Of a DNA stretch of 64,000 nt, positions 40,551 to 54,239 are shown piece after piece. Within the stretch, counting starts at the first letter, position 1, and the number at the start of each line of letters is the position of its first letter. Location: assembly GCF_009914755.1 (NCBI RefSeq), contig NC_060926.1. One strand, 5' to 3'. Below the pieces are notes generated by a model, which searched no databases, had not been told where the DNA came from, and saw only the letters and a list, made by a program, of their open reading frames with translations. The position numbers and the translations under genes were made by a program. The stretch is from the human T2T-CHM13v2.0 reference genome, Homo sapiens.

Positions 40551-42619
40551 CGAACCCAGCAGTCAGTTAAGGGCCCCTGCAAGGCGCTTATCTTGTTTCT
40601 GGCTGTTGGGGTAAAGATGTGTCACTGACAGCTGTTGCCCACATTTGCTCCTTCACTCTCCCTTCTATGTAAACATAAAGATGCAGTTCGCGTCTGTGGA
40701 GCACCCTCTATCCTCTCACTATCCAGTGGCTTTGTTTTCACTCTCTCCTGGCCCACCAGCTGTATGTTAAAATAAAAGTAAGCGACTTGAAACAGCCCTC
40801 TCTACTTCTTTGCATGTATTTTACTTCTGATCTTTATAACTCTTTGAGGTATCCATTATTATCCTCCTTTTACAGATGAGGAAATCAAAGCTCAGAAACC
40901 AGCTTGCCTAGGGTCCCACGGTTAATAAATATCTGAACCAAAATTCACATCCAGATCTGCCTTCAGAACATTTCCCCTTAGCCCAAAGGCACACTTCTTA
41001 ACAACGGAAGGAGCTCCGCAGCCACATGGCTTTTTCTGCAGATGAATCCAGCTGGTCCTACTTCTAAAACCCACAAATATCAAATGAAGCGGGAAAATGA
41101 AAACTGGGAATTTCATTTACATTTCACTCAGCTCTATAGTGTTACCTACGCTGATAAAGCCCTTCTACATTTCCTCTGAAAAAGAAATCAAAATGTTCTT
41201 TGTAATACCTGAAACTCACCCAAGATCTTGTCATCCTGCCTCGCAGCACTTTAAAGCCCCATTCGCATTTGCTGGAAAGTATCTCTTGGTTATCACAGTT
41301 TAGAAAGAGGCATTAATCTCACTAAGCTACTGGAGGGGTGAGTTAGACAAGCAACCCAGTAAGGTTTAAAAATATATATAAAGCACAAGATGTTCTTATA
41401 TCTGCCAGTGACAGCATGTTCCTTGAGACTCAGAGAAGAGGCAAGGGAGACAGCATGGGGAGACCATGGCCAAGCTCAACCTAGAAGAGAATTAGGGGTG
41501 AGCACTTAGTTAATGACTGCAAAGTGCTTTGAAAATGAAAGTGTATCTTAATCCCAACACCTGCCTGGTAAACCGTGGTTTTTCCCGTCTTGTCACCCCA
41601 GAGTAGTGGATGGAGTCAGCCAATGCTCTCCCAAAAAAGCCAACAGTGCTTGTCACCACCTTACATGGTCCTCTTGCCTCACCCAAGATGACAACATATT
41701 CAAAGTGGAGAAAGAAGTCCTTTTTTGCATCAACTTAAAAATAATAATAACAGTTCTGCTTCCACTGCTTAAGGCCACAGCAATCTTTCTCTCGTGGGGA
41801 GTGAATGATGGAGCTCAACTCTGTATCCATAGAAGAGGTTAATTTGAGCCACTTAAGGCTGCCTTTCTCATGGCTGCTCACATTTACCAGGGACTGTCTA
41901 AACACACTGTCCTGCTCTCAGAGGAGAGAGGCATTCTGTGTCATTGGGGGATGTCTAACAGACACAGCTGACCCAACTGTCCCCAGTGCAGGACTTCAGC
42001 TGCCCTCCTGACTTGGGAAGTGGCTGCGGCATTGCAGGCAATGGTGAGAACCAGGTGCCCTAGGGTCCTGGGCTTGGCGGACTTGCCTCTCAGAGTCAGG
42101 CTGTTCTTTTCACACCTTCAAGTGAAGCCAAACTCTGTTTGTCAGCTTTACAGCACTGTTGTACCCATCGAGAGAAGCCTGCTTGCTGGCAGCCCCTGCC
42201 TGGAGCTTGCCTCTTTGCCTGCTTTGCCCCCAGACCCCTCCTTTGGTGGAAGCCCTCTACTGTGGCCCAACATCCGGTCTTTCTCTTTATACTTCAAAGT
42301 CAGCTCTGGAAGCTCCATGGTGAAAAGATGGGGCTGGTGTTCCTGGGAGAAAGGGAAGAATGAAAACCTGTTTCAGCATCATGGAGTGGAAGGAATATAG
42401 GCTTCTGCATCAGGCAAACCTGCGTACAGCTTCCAACTCAAGTCATTCACCATCCAGGGGACCTTAAGCCTCAGGCTCCTCACTGTTAAATGCCAAAGAG
42501 TCAAGTGAAAGAGCTTGGGCAAAGTTATGGGCATATGGAAGATAACAAATGGTAACAATTATTAACTATTTCAAGAGAAATTAAGTCAAGGAGGGTAGAC
42601 TTCCACTGAGCAGCTCCAA

Positions 42620-42850
42620 GTGATAACTGACGTTTATCACACACTTACTGTGTGTTTGGCTATCTTCTCTCATTTACTCTTATTTCATTTACTCTGCTCA
42701 ACAATCCTATGACACAAACATTGTCAATGTCTGCATTTTCCAGAAGACGACTGTAAAGCCCAGAAGGATTAAGTAGCTTCCCCAAGGTCACACAGTAAGT
42801 ACTGGGATTCAAACACAGACAATCATCCAACAGAGGCCATTCTCCCGAGG
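42620..42850 (-). mobile_element. MIR
   Basis: TTAAGTAGCTTCCCCAAGGTCACACAG..CTGGGATTCAAAC. Confidence 0.85.
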
Positions 42851-43084
42851 ACCAGGACATATCCACCCCCTCCACAGAAGCTGGTGAGGCTCAGGGTTTC
42901 CATTTGAGGATCTATCATTCCATGGCTCCCTGTTGTTGTTTTTCACCAGGGAAGTCAGAGTAGAAGAAAAGTTGACAAATGTTTATGAATGCTGGGAAAA
43001 ATTAAAAAGTGCCAGAGCAAGAGCGGAGTGGAGAATTGTCTGCAGAATGAGAAAACCCAGGTGGCAGCAGCTACCTGCAGACTT

Positions 43085-43630
43085 GACTTAGCCCAGATTC
43101 CCCACCAAGCAGAAACTGAGGCCGACTTAGATGCTAACGTTTTATTGAAAGATCCAATCCCTGGGCAGAAACAATGAGAGGAAAGGGAAAGATTGAAAGC
43201 AAGCACAAGGTCGGTGTGTAAACACGTGGTCGTTGCTTCCCAAGCCACCAAGAGATTTAAGGGTCCCTGGGCCACGTGGGGCCCCTGGAAACAGGCTGCA
43301 CAGAGACCTGCCCTAGAGCCTGCCCAGGAGGCCAAGGGAGGAAGTGGTCTGCCAGCTCCCTCATCTCCCACCTTCGATTAGTCACAGTCACCCCACAGGC
43401 AGTGACACCCATACTTCCCAGGGGGTCATCTAGCTTCTCCAGGTAGCTACAGGGGACACAGATCCCCCTCTGAGGCATTTCACCCTGGCCTTGGAGGGGC
43501 AGGGGTCAGGGGCCCCCCAAGCCTAGTGCAGCCTCAGCCACCAGAGTATGAGAGTGGCCATGTGGAGTCTGTCATCACCTCCAGGGGATCGCGGATGCAG
43601 GAGGGTAGCAGCTACCTGGGTGCTTCACAA
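43085..43630 (-). mobile_element. ERVL-type solo LTR (LTR33/LTR16-related)
   Basis: TGACTTAGCCCAGATTCCCCACCAAGCAGAAACTGAGG..TTTATTG resembles the reverse complement of an LTR33-like 3' end; subfamily uncertain. Confidence 0.6.
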
Positions 43631-45214
43631 GTAAGAACCCAAGGCCCCTGGAGACAAGTGAGGCCCAGAGAACTCAAGGACCCAAGAGGGGCCTTAAAAT
43701 TGTGCCTAAACAGGACCTGGAGTCCCTCTGAGAAGTCATGGGCCAGGCACAGGAAGCCTTGCCAAGCTGCAGTCCTGGGCTAACTCACAAGTCTAGGGGC
43801 TTGGAGGGGCTCCGTCCAAGAATACCAGAGCTTCCTGGGCACCCAAAGCCGTAGAGTCAGGCCAGCTAGGGCAGCACACATGGCTGTCCCCACTCTTAAG
43901 ACTGATAGACCAGAGCCCAGGCCGCCCCCAGAGCCAGGCAGGAACCATTCTGACCACCGGCCTGGGGAAGGCCACTCTTCCCAAGGGCTGGTGTAAGGAA
44001 GAGGCTCCTGGACTCGGAATGAGAAGTTGCCAATTCATGACCTGCCCGGCCTCCTACTAGCTGCACACCTTTGGATGAGGCCTTGAACCTCTTCTCTGCA
44101 AAAGCAATCCTAGCCGAGCCCTGCCAGCCTCTGGAACCTCTGTCTCCTCACCTGTAAAATGGGGTAAGGGTCCAGGCTGGTCCAACTCCTGGGGCTACTG
44201 TGAGGATCACGGGGCTTTGCCGATGAAAACCCTACTGCCCTGCCCTGCCCTGCAGGCCTGTCCTGCATGCCCCTGCTCATCCACGGGGCCCATGGGCCTG
44301 AGGTCAGGGCGAGGCATGGCCACCCTAGCTCAGTGTCAGCCCAACCCTTCCTATCAGAGGGAAGCAGAAATTGCCCTGTGCAGCCTGCTTCCTGCCCCAT
44401 GACAAGGGGCTTCCCCTTAAGATGATTTTGTTTGTCACAGCCCATAAGGGGAAGGGTATTCCCTGAACCAGCACAGCCCTTTGATGGGACCAGGGGGCCC
44501 CTGTCCTGGGTCCAGCACTCCTATCATGAAGAGAGGGACAGGAGAGTCGATGGGGGAGGGCACGAGCCTTCCCAGGGAGACCTGATCCCATCCACGCCTT
44601 GTACCCAAGCCCCCAGAATTCCTAGCCTAAATGTCTCCAAACCTACTTCCAGGGCCCAAGTCTGATCCCCTGGACATCCCAGAGCCTGGGGAGGCCCAAG
44701 GCCCACCCCTGTGGGTGGAGCACCCTGACAGGGAAGAGTGAAGTCCAGGGAGGGAGGAGAGGAGATGTGAGAGGGGGAAGGGAGGCCGAGGGCAGCAGGG
44801 GCTGGAAGCAGCTTCCTCCAAGGCCTTCTGCTGGCCTGAAGTCTCAAGGAGTCTGAATTCCAAATTCGAACCTAGCCATCAAGGTCAAGGTAGTAGGAGA
44901 GAAACCATTTTACTCAACAATGTATAAGCAAAATGTGTCATTTTTTAAATATGAAGATCTTTACCATGTGGGCCCCATTCGAACTCTTGCTCTGGGGACC
45001 TGCCCATGTTCAGGAGCTATGTCATTTTACTCAGCCTCCTTCCAGCAACTTCCACCCTCTGCTGCCCCAAATCTCAAAGCCTCAGGTGCAGTATTCTTCT
45101 AAAACCTGGATACTCCCTTCTGGTCCACAGGGCATCTGTTCTAAGGCATCCCCCTTGCCTTGATCATGAAGGGAACGTCCTTTGAAAAGGCTGCCGTCCA
45201 AAATATTCCCTGCT

Positions 45215-45400
45215 GTCCATTCATTCACTCATTCATTCCTTTATTCAACAAATGCTTGAGTATATCCTTCTGTGCCAGGCCACACTCTGGAGATAGTGCA
45301 ATGAACAACACTGGCAGAAGCCCCTGCCCTCATGAGCTTCTATCCTGGTGGACAAAGACACACAGCAAGCCGGTGAGCATGTGAGATGAACAGAGCATCA
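45215..45400 (-). mobile_element. L2 3' end
   Basis: CATTCATTC..TTCAACAAATGCTTGAG..TGTGCCAGGC. Confidence 0.8.
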
Positions 45401-46429
45401 GGAAGGGCCACCAGCACCCTGTGCCTGCACACCCACTGTGACTGCCCATGGCTGGGGGCCTGGCCCACTGTACTTCACATGGTGGACAATGAGGCCCTGT
45501 GAGGCTCCTTGTGGCCCCTAACTCCTAAGTGACCGGGCTGGGATTCCCACTCAGATGGTGCTGAGGTCAAAGATCTCAAAGGCTTTCCACCGCCAGGTCC
45601 CTCCTGAGTCAGGACTAGCATTAATTATAATAACAGTATCAATTAGCTCCTCTTGGCTCCAAAATATAATGGCTGCTTCCTCTGGTACAATATTAGGAGC
45701 AGGCACCAGATGAAAAAGCAAACGGATCGAACACCACCCACAGAGATAAACTGGCCTCGTGATCAATGATGGTGGATTTTTTTTTCAACACAGATAAACA
45801 GGAAAGGAGTTTTGGTTTTGAAACTCAAACGATTTCCTTGCTGTAGCCGTATCTAGGTTGGGTATCGAAGAAAACAAAAATAATTCTGGGCACAGAAGGA
45901 AGATGGAATATTTCTGCACTCAACACTGGGCCAGTTTGGCTCATTCCCAGACATAAAGAATTCTGGTGTCCATTTTTAAATAAAAATAAATAAAGCAGTT
46001 CAACCCAGATGGGGGTGCCAGCAGATGTGACAGAACCATGGAGAGTGGGTGGGTGCTGTGCAGCACTTGGCCATTGCTGACAGCAGCCCTGTTGTGAAGT
46101 ACACAGCTGGGAGGACGGCACAGGTGCGCTCACATGGCCGGCATTCCCACAGGCCCGCCCACTGCCTTGATTGCGGGCCACGGCTGACGGCTGACCGCAG
46201 AAGCCTCCCAAAAGAGGAGGCAGGTGTGGGAGGGTGGCTGCTGCCAGGCCAACTCCTCTGCAAGGGTCAGTCCCTGCTCTCTCTGCAAGGTCCCCTGCCC
46301 CCAGCAGCCCTGGCTCCCCTTCAATCCAAGGCTCAGCTCCTGGACCTGAGGCCACAGGCTCTGCTTCCTGGCTGCCTCCTGCTGCCTGAAAGCCTCACAA
46401 GCAACTTAATTAGATTAAAAAATACCAAA

Positions 46430-46635
46430 GGCTACTTAACAATAACTGAGCGTGTATTTTCAAACAGCTAGAAGAGAGGATTTTGAATGTTCCCAACACA
46501 CGGAAATGACAGATGTTTGAGGTGATGGATATGTTAATGACGCTGAATTGATCATTACCCCTTGGATCCATGTATCAAAATATCACTGTGTACCCCATAA
46601 ATAGGTACAATTATTACATGTCGATTAGAAAAAAA
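46430..46635 (+). mobile_element. L1MA 3' end
   Basis: AGCTAGAAGAGAGGATTTTGAATGTTCCCAACAC..; TSD AAAAATACCAA. Confidence 0.9.
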
Positions 46636-47400
46636 TACCAACGGCAGGACTAGGATAGGACAGGCTTCAGGGGGGATTTCAGGAAGTTCCATGTTCAAAT
46701 TTTGGCTTGGGTGAGTCAACCCCTGGGCATCAAGTTACATATGGGAGCTGAGAAGAATCTCAATCGTGCATGTAAATATCTCGGCATAGCAGTAAGTAGT
46801 CGTAGTTCTTTATGATAATTTTAGCAGCGATACTGGGGAGGTTTCTGGAACAAGTTAAAGAAATTTAATAAAGGTGAAAACCTCTTTCACGATGTTAGAA
46901 GAAGTTTGTCTCGCTCCGCAGTAATCCCACCTACACACACAAGAGACCTTTTCCTGGCTTTTCATGTTCTTTATGTTTGAGGGGTATAGAATTATTTTTC
47001 CAAGCACCTTTTGTTCTGTCAAACGGATAAAGAATTGATAGATACATAGAAAGTATTGGCATTCTTGGGGTTATTTCTAATGGTAAATGTCATAATTTCA
47101 TTAAACGAGACAAATATTTAAAAGACAACAAGTCGACAGTGTTGGATGCCTTTGGTGTGGTTCATTTTGCATGACAGGTGACAACCCCTTTTCTTCTTTC
47201 AAATGCAATGTTTCTAAAGCCAGATAGAGCCGGGGGCCTTTAGTGCTCCTGAAATTGTGTATGTGTACTCCTTTTTCTACAAGAGTGTCCACAGCTCTTA
47301 CTGGCATCTCAAAAAGCCTCCAAGCTACCTATGGGGATCACCCTCTCTGGCACCAAAGGGGAATTAAACACCAGTTTGCTGAAGACCAACTAGACATCAT

Positions 47401-47533
47401 CAGTTTTCCCCTTTCAGGACCCACCAGTGAGCACCAGGCATGTTCCTGTTCCCTGTTTCCAATTCTCCCTTTTGGGACCCACCAGTGAGCACCAGGTATG
47501 TTCCTGTACCCCCGTTTTCAGTTCTCCCTTCGC
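47401..47533. repeat. Imperfect ~57-bp tandem repeat, ~2.3 copies
   Basis: CCCACCAGTGAGCACCAGG(C/T)ATGTTCCTGT twice. Confidence 0.9.
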
Positions 47534-48254
47534 TTTCTCTGTCTGCCTACTTCACATACTCAGGTGCATCTTACAGGGATCCTTTTTCTGAAAATAAACA
47601 CTTGGACATAGCATAGTGCAAGGAGGCAGGGGAGTGTGTTGCCAGGAAAATGGAAGCAGCACAGTGAGCCTGCGGGTCAGGGGGCAGTGGGGACAGTGGG
47701 GCAGCGTCCTCCCCACTGCCCCCACCTCCAAGCCCTGCTCGCTAAGGGGCCCACCCCCAGCCACCTCGGTGCTGTAAGAGCAGTTCCACTGGGGCCAGAA
47801 GAGAGGCCAGTTGCGCTTTTTATGAACTTGATCATCGAGTTATCCTGGTCATCTACTGCAGGCTGTGGGGGCCGGTCATGGGAGATTCAACAACGGGGAA
47901 GCTCTGCAGCCTCCGCTCCACCGAGCAAGGCCAGGCCCAGGATCCTTCTAGCTCTCCCAGGAGACCTTTGAGCACCTGGTTCTCAGTGGCTTGACTCAAA
48001 CAAGGTGATACTTACACGGCTGAAAAAAAAAAAAAGAGCTGCTAGTTGGGTAACTGCACTTATGCACATGCTAGAGTTTGACTTCAGTTCTGTAATGCAC
48101 CTTGCTTTCTCCCCAACCATGGGGTGGCCTTGGGAGTACCCACCAAAGGACCCAGGCAGGGACCATCTCCAGGCAGTGACCAGTGCCACCACCAGCAGCC
48201 ATGAGACTGTGAACATGTTTATTTGTTCATTTGTTTATCTGATTCCTTTAGAGC

Positions 48255-48470
48255 CAGCTACTCTGGGTTTCTGAGAAGCCTCACTCTGCCGCTGTACTAC
48301 CAGCTGTGTGGCCAGACCTAAATTACAGCCTCTGCTGACCTTGGTTTCCTCATCTGTAAAAGTGAGGAGAGTTCTGCATTCCTCAGAGGTTTGTTGTGAG
48401 GATGGAATGAAATAATTAAGTAAAGCACATAACACCACACCTGGCAGGTAACAGGTATTCAATACATACT
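48255..48470 (+). mobile_element. MIR
   Basis: CCTTGGTTTCCTCATCTGTAAAAGTGAGG..GTTGTGAGGAT. Confidence 0.88.
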
Positions 48471-49852
48471 ATGAGTTGGATGGCACGCTGGCCCCAGCAT
48501 TGGGGTAGAGAACGTTCAGACATTGTTAGCTGCCACTTGACCAAGGTTCACAGATTCAGAATAAGTGAGTGAGTGCTGAAATAAACAAAAGGAGTGGGGT
48601 GGGTGCTAGTGGAGCCGTCACAAGCACTGTAAGCGACAGTGCAAAGCTGGCTTGCTTGTGGCAATACAGTTGTCATAAATGCCCCAGACAGCTGGGGCTC
48701 TGGCTGGGAGACACGCGGGCCGCTATGTGGCCCTGGAATCCGGGTAGCCCATAAATGATGCATCAAGTGCAGAGCTGGCCACAAACCATGGCGATGCAGG
48801 CCACGGGAACATCTGTGCAAACAGAGAGGCCTCTGAGCAAAGGCAGCCCCAGCTGTGCAGGCCTGCCTCTGCAACCCCACACTCCCCACCCCTGCACACC
48901 CTCGCCCCCACACCCCCACACACCCCACCCCACCCCTGCAGGTGACCACTCACCCTAACTGTCCAATGGTGCAACCTCGAGCAAGTCCACCCCCTGGTCC
49001 CCAGCTTTGGTTTACACAGCAAATGACATGTATTGCAACCTTTAGATATATCAAATGTTTTAAAGAAAATAGGCACAGGGGTTCCCCATGGCAGTACATG
49101 CACTTTTCTCTACTATTAGGTGGGAGGATGGAAAGGAAAATCTTACCTCTGACTCCGAACACGGAGCCCTGTAGGAACGGCCCCCATTTAGTGACCCTAG
49201 TAAGTCCCCGGTACCCAACTCAGGCCTGGCACACAGGGCCCCAGGCGAGGCTCTGGAGCAAGTGTTCTCACAGAGCCAGTGACCGTGGAGCCTGTGACCG
49301 TGCAGAGGGAGACAAACACCGGTGGGAGAAGTTGGGAATCGCCCTGTCCCACATTCTCGTTCCCTGGGAACCTTCCATCTTCTTGTCTCCACCCAATCTG
49401 TCTGGATGGAACTCTAATTTTTTCAGCAATTTTCATCTCAGAAGTGAGCAGGGAAGGACTCCAGTATATGTGAGAGAGAAGGATCCTGAAAACAAGTCAA
49501 TATCCTGGCCATGGACACCCAGTGAATGTTTAACCATGCAGGACAGCTGAACTGGTACTTGGTGACCCAGCAGGCGATCGGGATCTGCTGGTGATCTTGG
49601 TCCTCTGGGTGATCCGTGGTCCTCTGGGTGCTCTGATCTGCCAGGGGATCCTCCAGGGCACTTTAGGGCTATAATCATGAGCTTCAGAGGTACACAGTAG
49701 AATGGAATCTTGCTCCACCACTGCAGCAGCCGCCCGACCCTACCCAAGCCCTTTCACCCCTGGAGCCTGGGTCTGTTCGTTTGTAAAATGGGGGAGTCTG
49801 ATCTCTATCTCACAGGGTTGCAACGAGCATTAAATGAATTACTGTTAGTGAA

Positions 49853-50280
49853 GTGCTCATCAACGATAGACTGGATAAACAAAATGTGGTACATCTATAG
49901 CATGGAATACTATGCAGCCATAAAAAGGAATGAGAAAGAAAAGGGACATGGATGGAGCTGGAAGCCATTATCCTCAGCAAACTAACACAGGAACAGAAAA
50001 CCAAACACCGCATGTTCTCACTTATAAGTGGAAGTTGAACAATGAGATCACATGGACACAGGGAGGGGAACAACACACCCTGGGGCCTGTCAGCGGGTTG
50101 GGTGCGGGGAGGGAGAGCATTAGGAAAAATAGCTAAGGCATGCTGAGCTTAATACCTAGGTGATGGGTTGACAGGTGCAGCAAACCACCATGGCACACAT
50201 TTTCCTATGTAACAAACCTGCACATCCTGCACATGTGTCCCAGAACTTAAAATTAAAATCTAAATGTATTTTTTAAAAAA
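49853..50280 (+). mobile_element. L1PA (~PA10-13) 3' end inserted in a MIR
   Basis: GACTGGATAAACAAAATGTGGTACAT..AACAAACCTGCACATCCTGCACATG. Confidence 0.95.
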
Positions 50281-51592
50281 GTATCTTAGCAGGACTGCCA
50301 CAGCAGAGGGCTCTGTGGTTTGCTATCTTTTCAATACTAGTTTTAAATTAAAATAAAATTAAATGTTTCTAAGACCATAAGTGCAAACTGCAGAGACCCT
50401 TATTGCAACTATTAGTACTATCATTATTATTTTCATGGGGAAAGGAGAGGGAGGGGTAAATTATAATAATATAAATGATATGTTTATCAGACAAGACTCC
50501 TACCTGAGAAAGGATATTAAGAAAAGTAAAAACTAGCCCAAAGAACATATCTGTCTCTGCGCTCATTTCTTTTATACAACGACTTCAGAGAAAATGTTTT
50601 CATTCATCAAATGGTCAAACAAATGTTAAAGCCCTGAAAATTATTTGGAAAATCCAGTGTAAACTAACACAAGATGGGATTTCCCATGGGTTAATCCAAT
50701 GGGAAGTTTCACTTGGTCCTGAATTTCCTCACAAAATTATTTAAAACGCTCTTTTGTTCCTATTCTCCTTCGCTACCAATTTAAAGGAAAGAAAAGTGGG
50801 TCATGCATTCAACAGAGGAATGAACCAGGCCGCAAAACAAGCCGAGGGTGAAAAGGGAAGTTTTCTGACAGCGTATGTGGCCTCCAACACTCAGTGGTGA
50901 GAAGTGCAGAAAACTCAGTCTAAGGGGCAATTATATTTTAGAGTCAAGAATGGGAACACTGTTTCAAAGAGGAGCAGAATTTAGAAAAGCAGTTAACTGC
51001 CTAAGACTGCTGAACCCAAACTCTGTCCAGAGCCCTGACCACAAGCAGAGCTGCCGGCAGACGAGCTTGAGGCAGTATCTGCCGGGAGTGTGGTCAGCGG
51101 TCAGAGTCCAGGGCTGCACGCTCACGGCTCTGCACACGGGGCTGCTAACCCTAAGGCCACGGCCAGGAAGGAACCCCAGGGACACTTGACCTGCCCACGA
51201 TGAGAAAAGCAGAAACAGCAGCTGCTGTCCTGCATGTCACCAGCATCACCACCTCAACTGCTGTGCAGAAACACCTGCCCAGAAACACCAAGAGCTTGTC
51301 CACCAGCGCTGTGCATAGCAAGCTGTCCTGTAGAGTGGGCCAGCAACCATTCTCCTAACACACAGAGCGCAACGTACACATCCAGCCATCCAGATCAACT
51401 CGTAGTCAGTTTCTCAAAGGCAGGAACAATGGGTTATCCCTTGCTCTATCTTATCCCTCCCAAAACATAGTCAAATAATTTGCATAAAGTAGACGCTCAG
51501 TTAGAGTTGATGAAATAACTTAATAAATGATGAGAGGAAAGAATCCTCATTCCACAGATCCAGTTCAGCTTAAACCTGATCCAATAGATGAG

Positions 51593-51720
51593 CAGTTCTC
51601 AAACTTTTTGGTCTCAGGATTCCTTTGCACTCCTAACAATTGAGAATTCCAAAGAGTTTTTGTTTATGAGGGTTATCAATATTTATTGCGTAAATAATTA
51701 AAACAGCCCACACATTAAGT
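51593..51720 (+). mobile_element. MER119/Charlie-type hAT end
   Basis: TTCTCAAACTTTTTGGTCTCAGGA..CCAAAGAGTTTTTGTTTATG. Confidence 0.7.
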
Positions 51721-53604
51721 CACTAGGAATTGAGAGCAAAATGTTCAATGTTCAACCAAGCTTCCCGTAGGTAAAATGTGTGCAGAATGAAGCTGTATGG
51801 CAGTCACCAGGAGGTGCAGAGGAAACCTGGAATGAGCCGTGGAGTACAGACCAGCCACAGGCGCCAGGTGAAGGGTCTAGACGCATGCCTGCAAACAAAT
51901 CAGTACCCTGTCAAAACTAATTGTGATCACTTCTGAGAGCTGAGCAGTTCCAGCATAGGGAGTGGCACTGTGCTCGGCATTTTTACATACGTCACCTTGA
52001 ATGATTCTCCTAACACTGCAAGGATCCATACTACCTCCGTTTATCAGAAGCTGTAAAGAAGAGTCGATGAGATTCACTTAGCTAACATCAAACAGCTCCT
52101 AGAGGCTGGAGAGGGATTCCAGTGGGGCCATTCATATTTCCAAAATCCTTGCTGTCTCCACGGATCAAGCTGTTTTCCTAAAATCGATCATTTCTTTATT
52201 TCGGGTCCCCAGATCCCTGCCACCGTTGTTCAGAAATGAACAATATGAGAATGTTCGCAGCAGGCTACTCTTATAAATTCTTTGTTGGTTTGTCTTCTTG
52301 AAAAAAAATTTGATTAAGGGTGAACAGAGAGTGGTCGCTCAATGTTTTGAATCAGAAATTACATTTTTAAGATTTCAGAAGTGGTAGAGCTAATTCCTAT
52401 TCATGTATATTCTTGGACACGGCTGACCTTCCCAGGGGCTGGAATTGTTACTCATTCACGTGTCCCCAGGGTCTGGTATGGTCCTGGCTCACAGAGATGT
52501 TCAATATACATTTGTTGAATTGCTTATTAAGTATATGTATTATATGTATATACATATATAGATAAATAGATTCTCTTTGATTAAAATTTATTTTTTCAAA
52601 TTATATTAGAATAACACTAAAGGAAATCTATAGTAATTGCTGTTAATCTGGTAAGGCCAATGGAAAAATTATAGAGCCATAATGAAATTTTCTTTCTCCT
52701 TTAGACATTTTATTTGCATTGATTATTATTAACAGGTACCACATATTGAGCCCTTTTTTAACATGTCAGTCCCATTTTAACTTATTTATGATGACATGTA
52801 CTACTTGCTTACTGGTTTAGACCTTTCTTATAAATTAGTAAAAAAGCATAATTTAAGGATATATGTGGATGAGTAATTTAGACAGAGGATGAAAAAGGGC
52901 AATCATTATCCTAGAATATAGAAAATTAAAATTTCACCAAAATTGCTAAGACACGTTTTTCCGTAGAATGTTCCTCCAGAACTCCAGCAAGCTTCCACAG
53001 AAGCATGAGGTTCATCAACACATTGGGTACCAGATGCTGCCGATCAGAAAGCTGGATTGAGTAGAGGTGATGGGGTGAGGCTAGAGTGACTCTTTCATAA
53101 AAGAGAGGGGGACAGGGCAAAATAGAGCAATCTTGTCAACTTATAAATAAGTCCTTTATTCACAACCATGAGCTAATGTGAACCAACATTAACCATGAGC
53201 AATTTAAAAAAAAAAACAAAACAGAAAATTAGGACTCCCAAATAACCATTTAACAAGCATTTTTTGAGCACTTTCAAACCTAGAAATAAAATAAATTGGG
53301 CCTTTAGAAAAAGAAGGAGCAGAAAGAGACAAGTCAACCAAGCAGTTCCTATCGCCACTCAAGCCTGGCGTTGCTCTGAGCTGTGCATGTCAATGTCATC
53401 CTTTTTGCTTGTTCTTTCTCTGATTCAGAGATTAGCCCAGCATATTATATGTATGTTTCCCACTTCCTGACCACACACTTTTATCTAAATTTCTTCAAGG
53501 TCTCACAATGAGACACCAGCAGCTTCTTTAAGAACTGATGTCTTTTTCTTAGCCAGCTCTTGTGTAATCATTTCTTGTACAATTTCGAGATGGCATAAGT
53601 GCCT

Positions 53605-54100
53605 TTGTTCATTCAACAAATGTTTATCGAGCTTTTTTGTAGGTACCTAGGACCCAGATTTGAGCAGGTGGAAAAGGGCCTTGCCTGCATGGGACTTGCA
53701 TTCTAGTTTTAAGGGGCAGAAAATAACAGAGGTAATGAGTTAGACTGGAATTATACTACATAGTACAGCCTAGAACCAGAATGGGGAGAAGGTAACAGGC
53801 TGTGTGACAAGTTTTGGAAGAATATTCAGGAGGAATTGAAAATACAAGAATGCTTTGGGACAGGAATAAGCTAGGCACGTGGAAAAACAAAACAAAACTA
53901 TAAGTCTAAAATGTCTGAAATACCATAACAAAAACATCCAAAATGAGATGAAGGAGAAAAAACAGGTAGAGGCCAGATCCTATAGAGATTTCTAGGTCAT
54001 AGTGAGGATATTGAAATTGACGCTAAGGGCAATGGAAGTTCATGGAAATATTTCAAGCAAAGTAGTCAGAAAGTGTGATTTATCTTTCAGAAAGTTTTGA
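53605..54100 (-). mobile_element. L2
   Basis: TTCATTCAACAAATGTTTATCGAGC..AGGCCAGATC..GGGCAATGGAAG. Confidence 0.75.
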
Positions 54101-54239
54101 CTAATACTTTTAAATACACCACTCCAAATTCTAGCCCCAAGTTCTTCTTTAATGGCATGAATGCCACACAGATTACATGGAGATAGAGCAGAGGCTATTA
54201 GGACATTTATTAGAAATTCCATTTTTAATAGATTTCTGA

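Noticed and set aside
48855-49550. 231-aa ORF on plus
   Set aside because: Non-ATG start, driven by the C-rich low-complexity tract; no recognisable homology.
49560-49660. GATC-rich stretch with a 7-bp hairpin and an 18-19-bp repeat
   Set aside because: Short low-complexity slippage; no terminator, CRISPR or ncRNA architecture.
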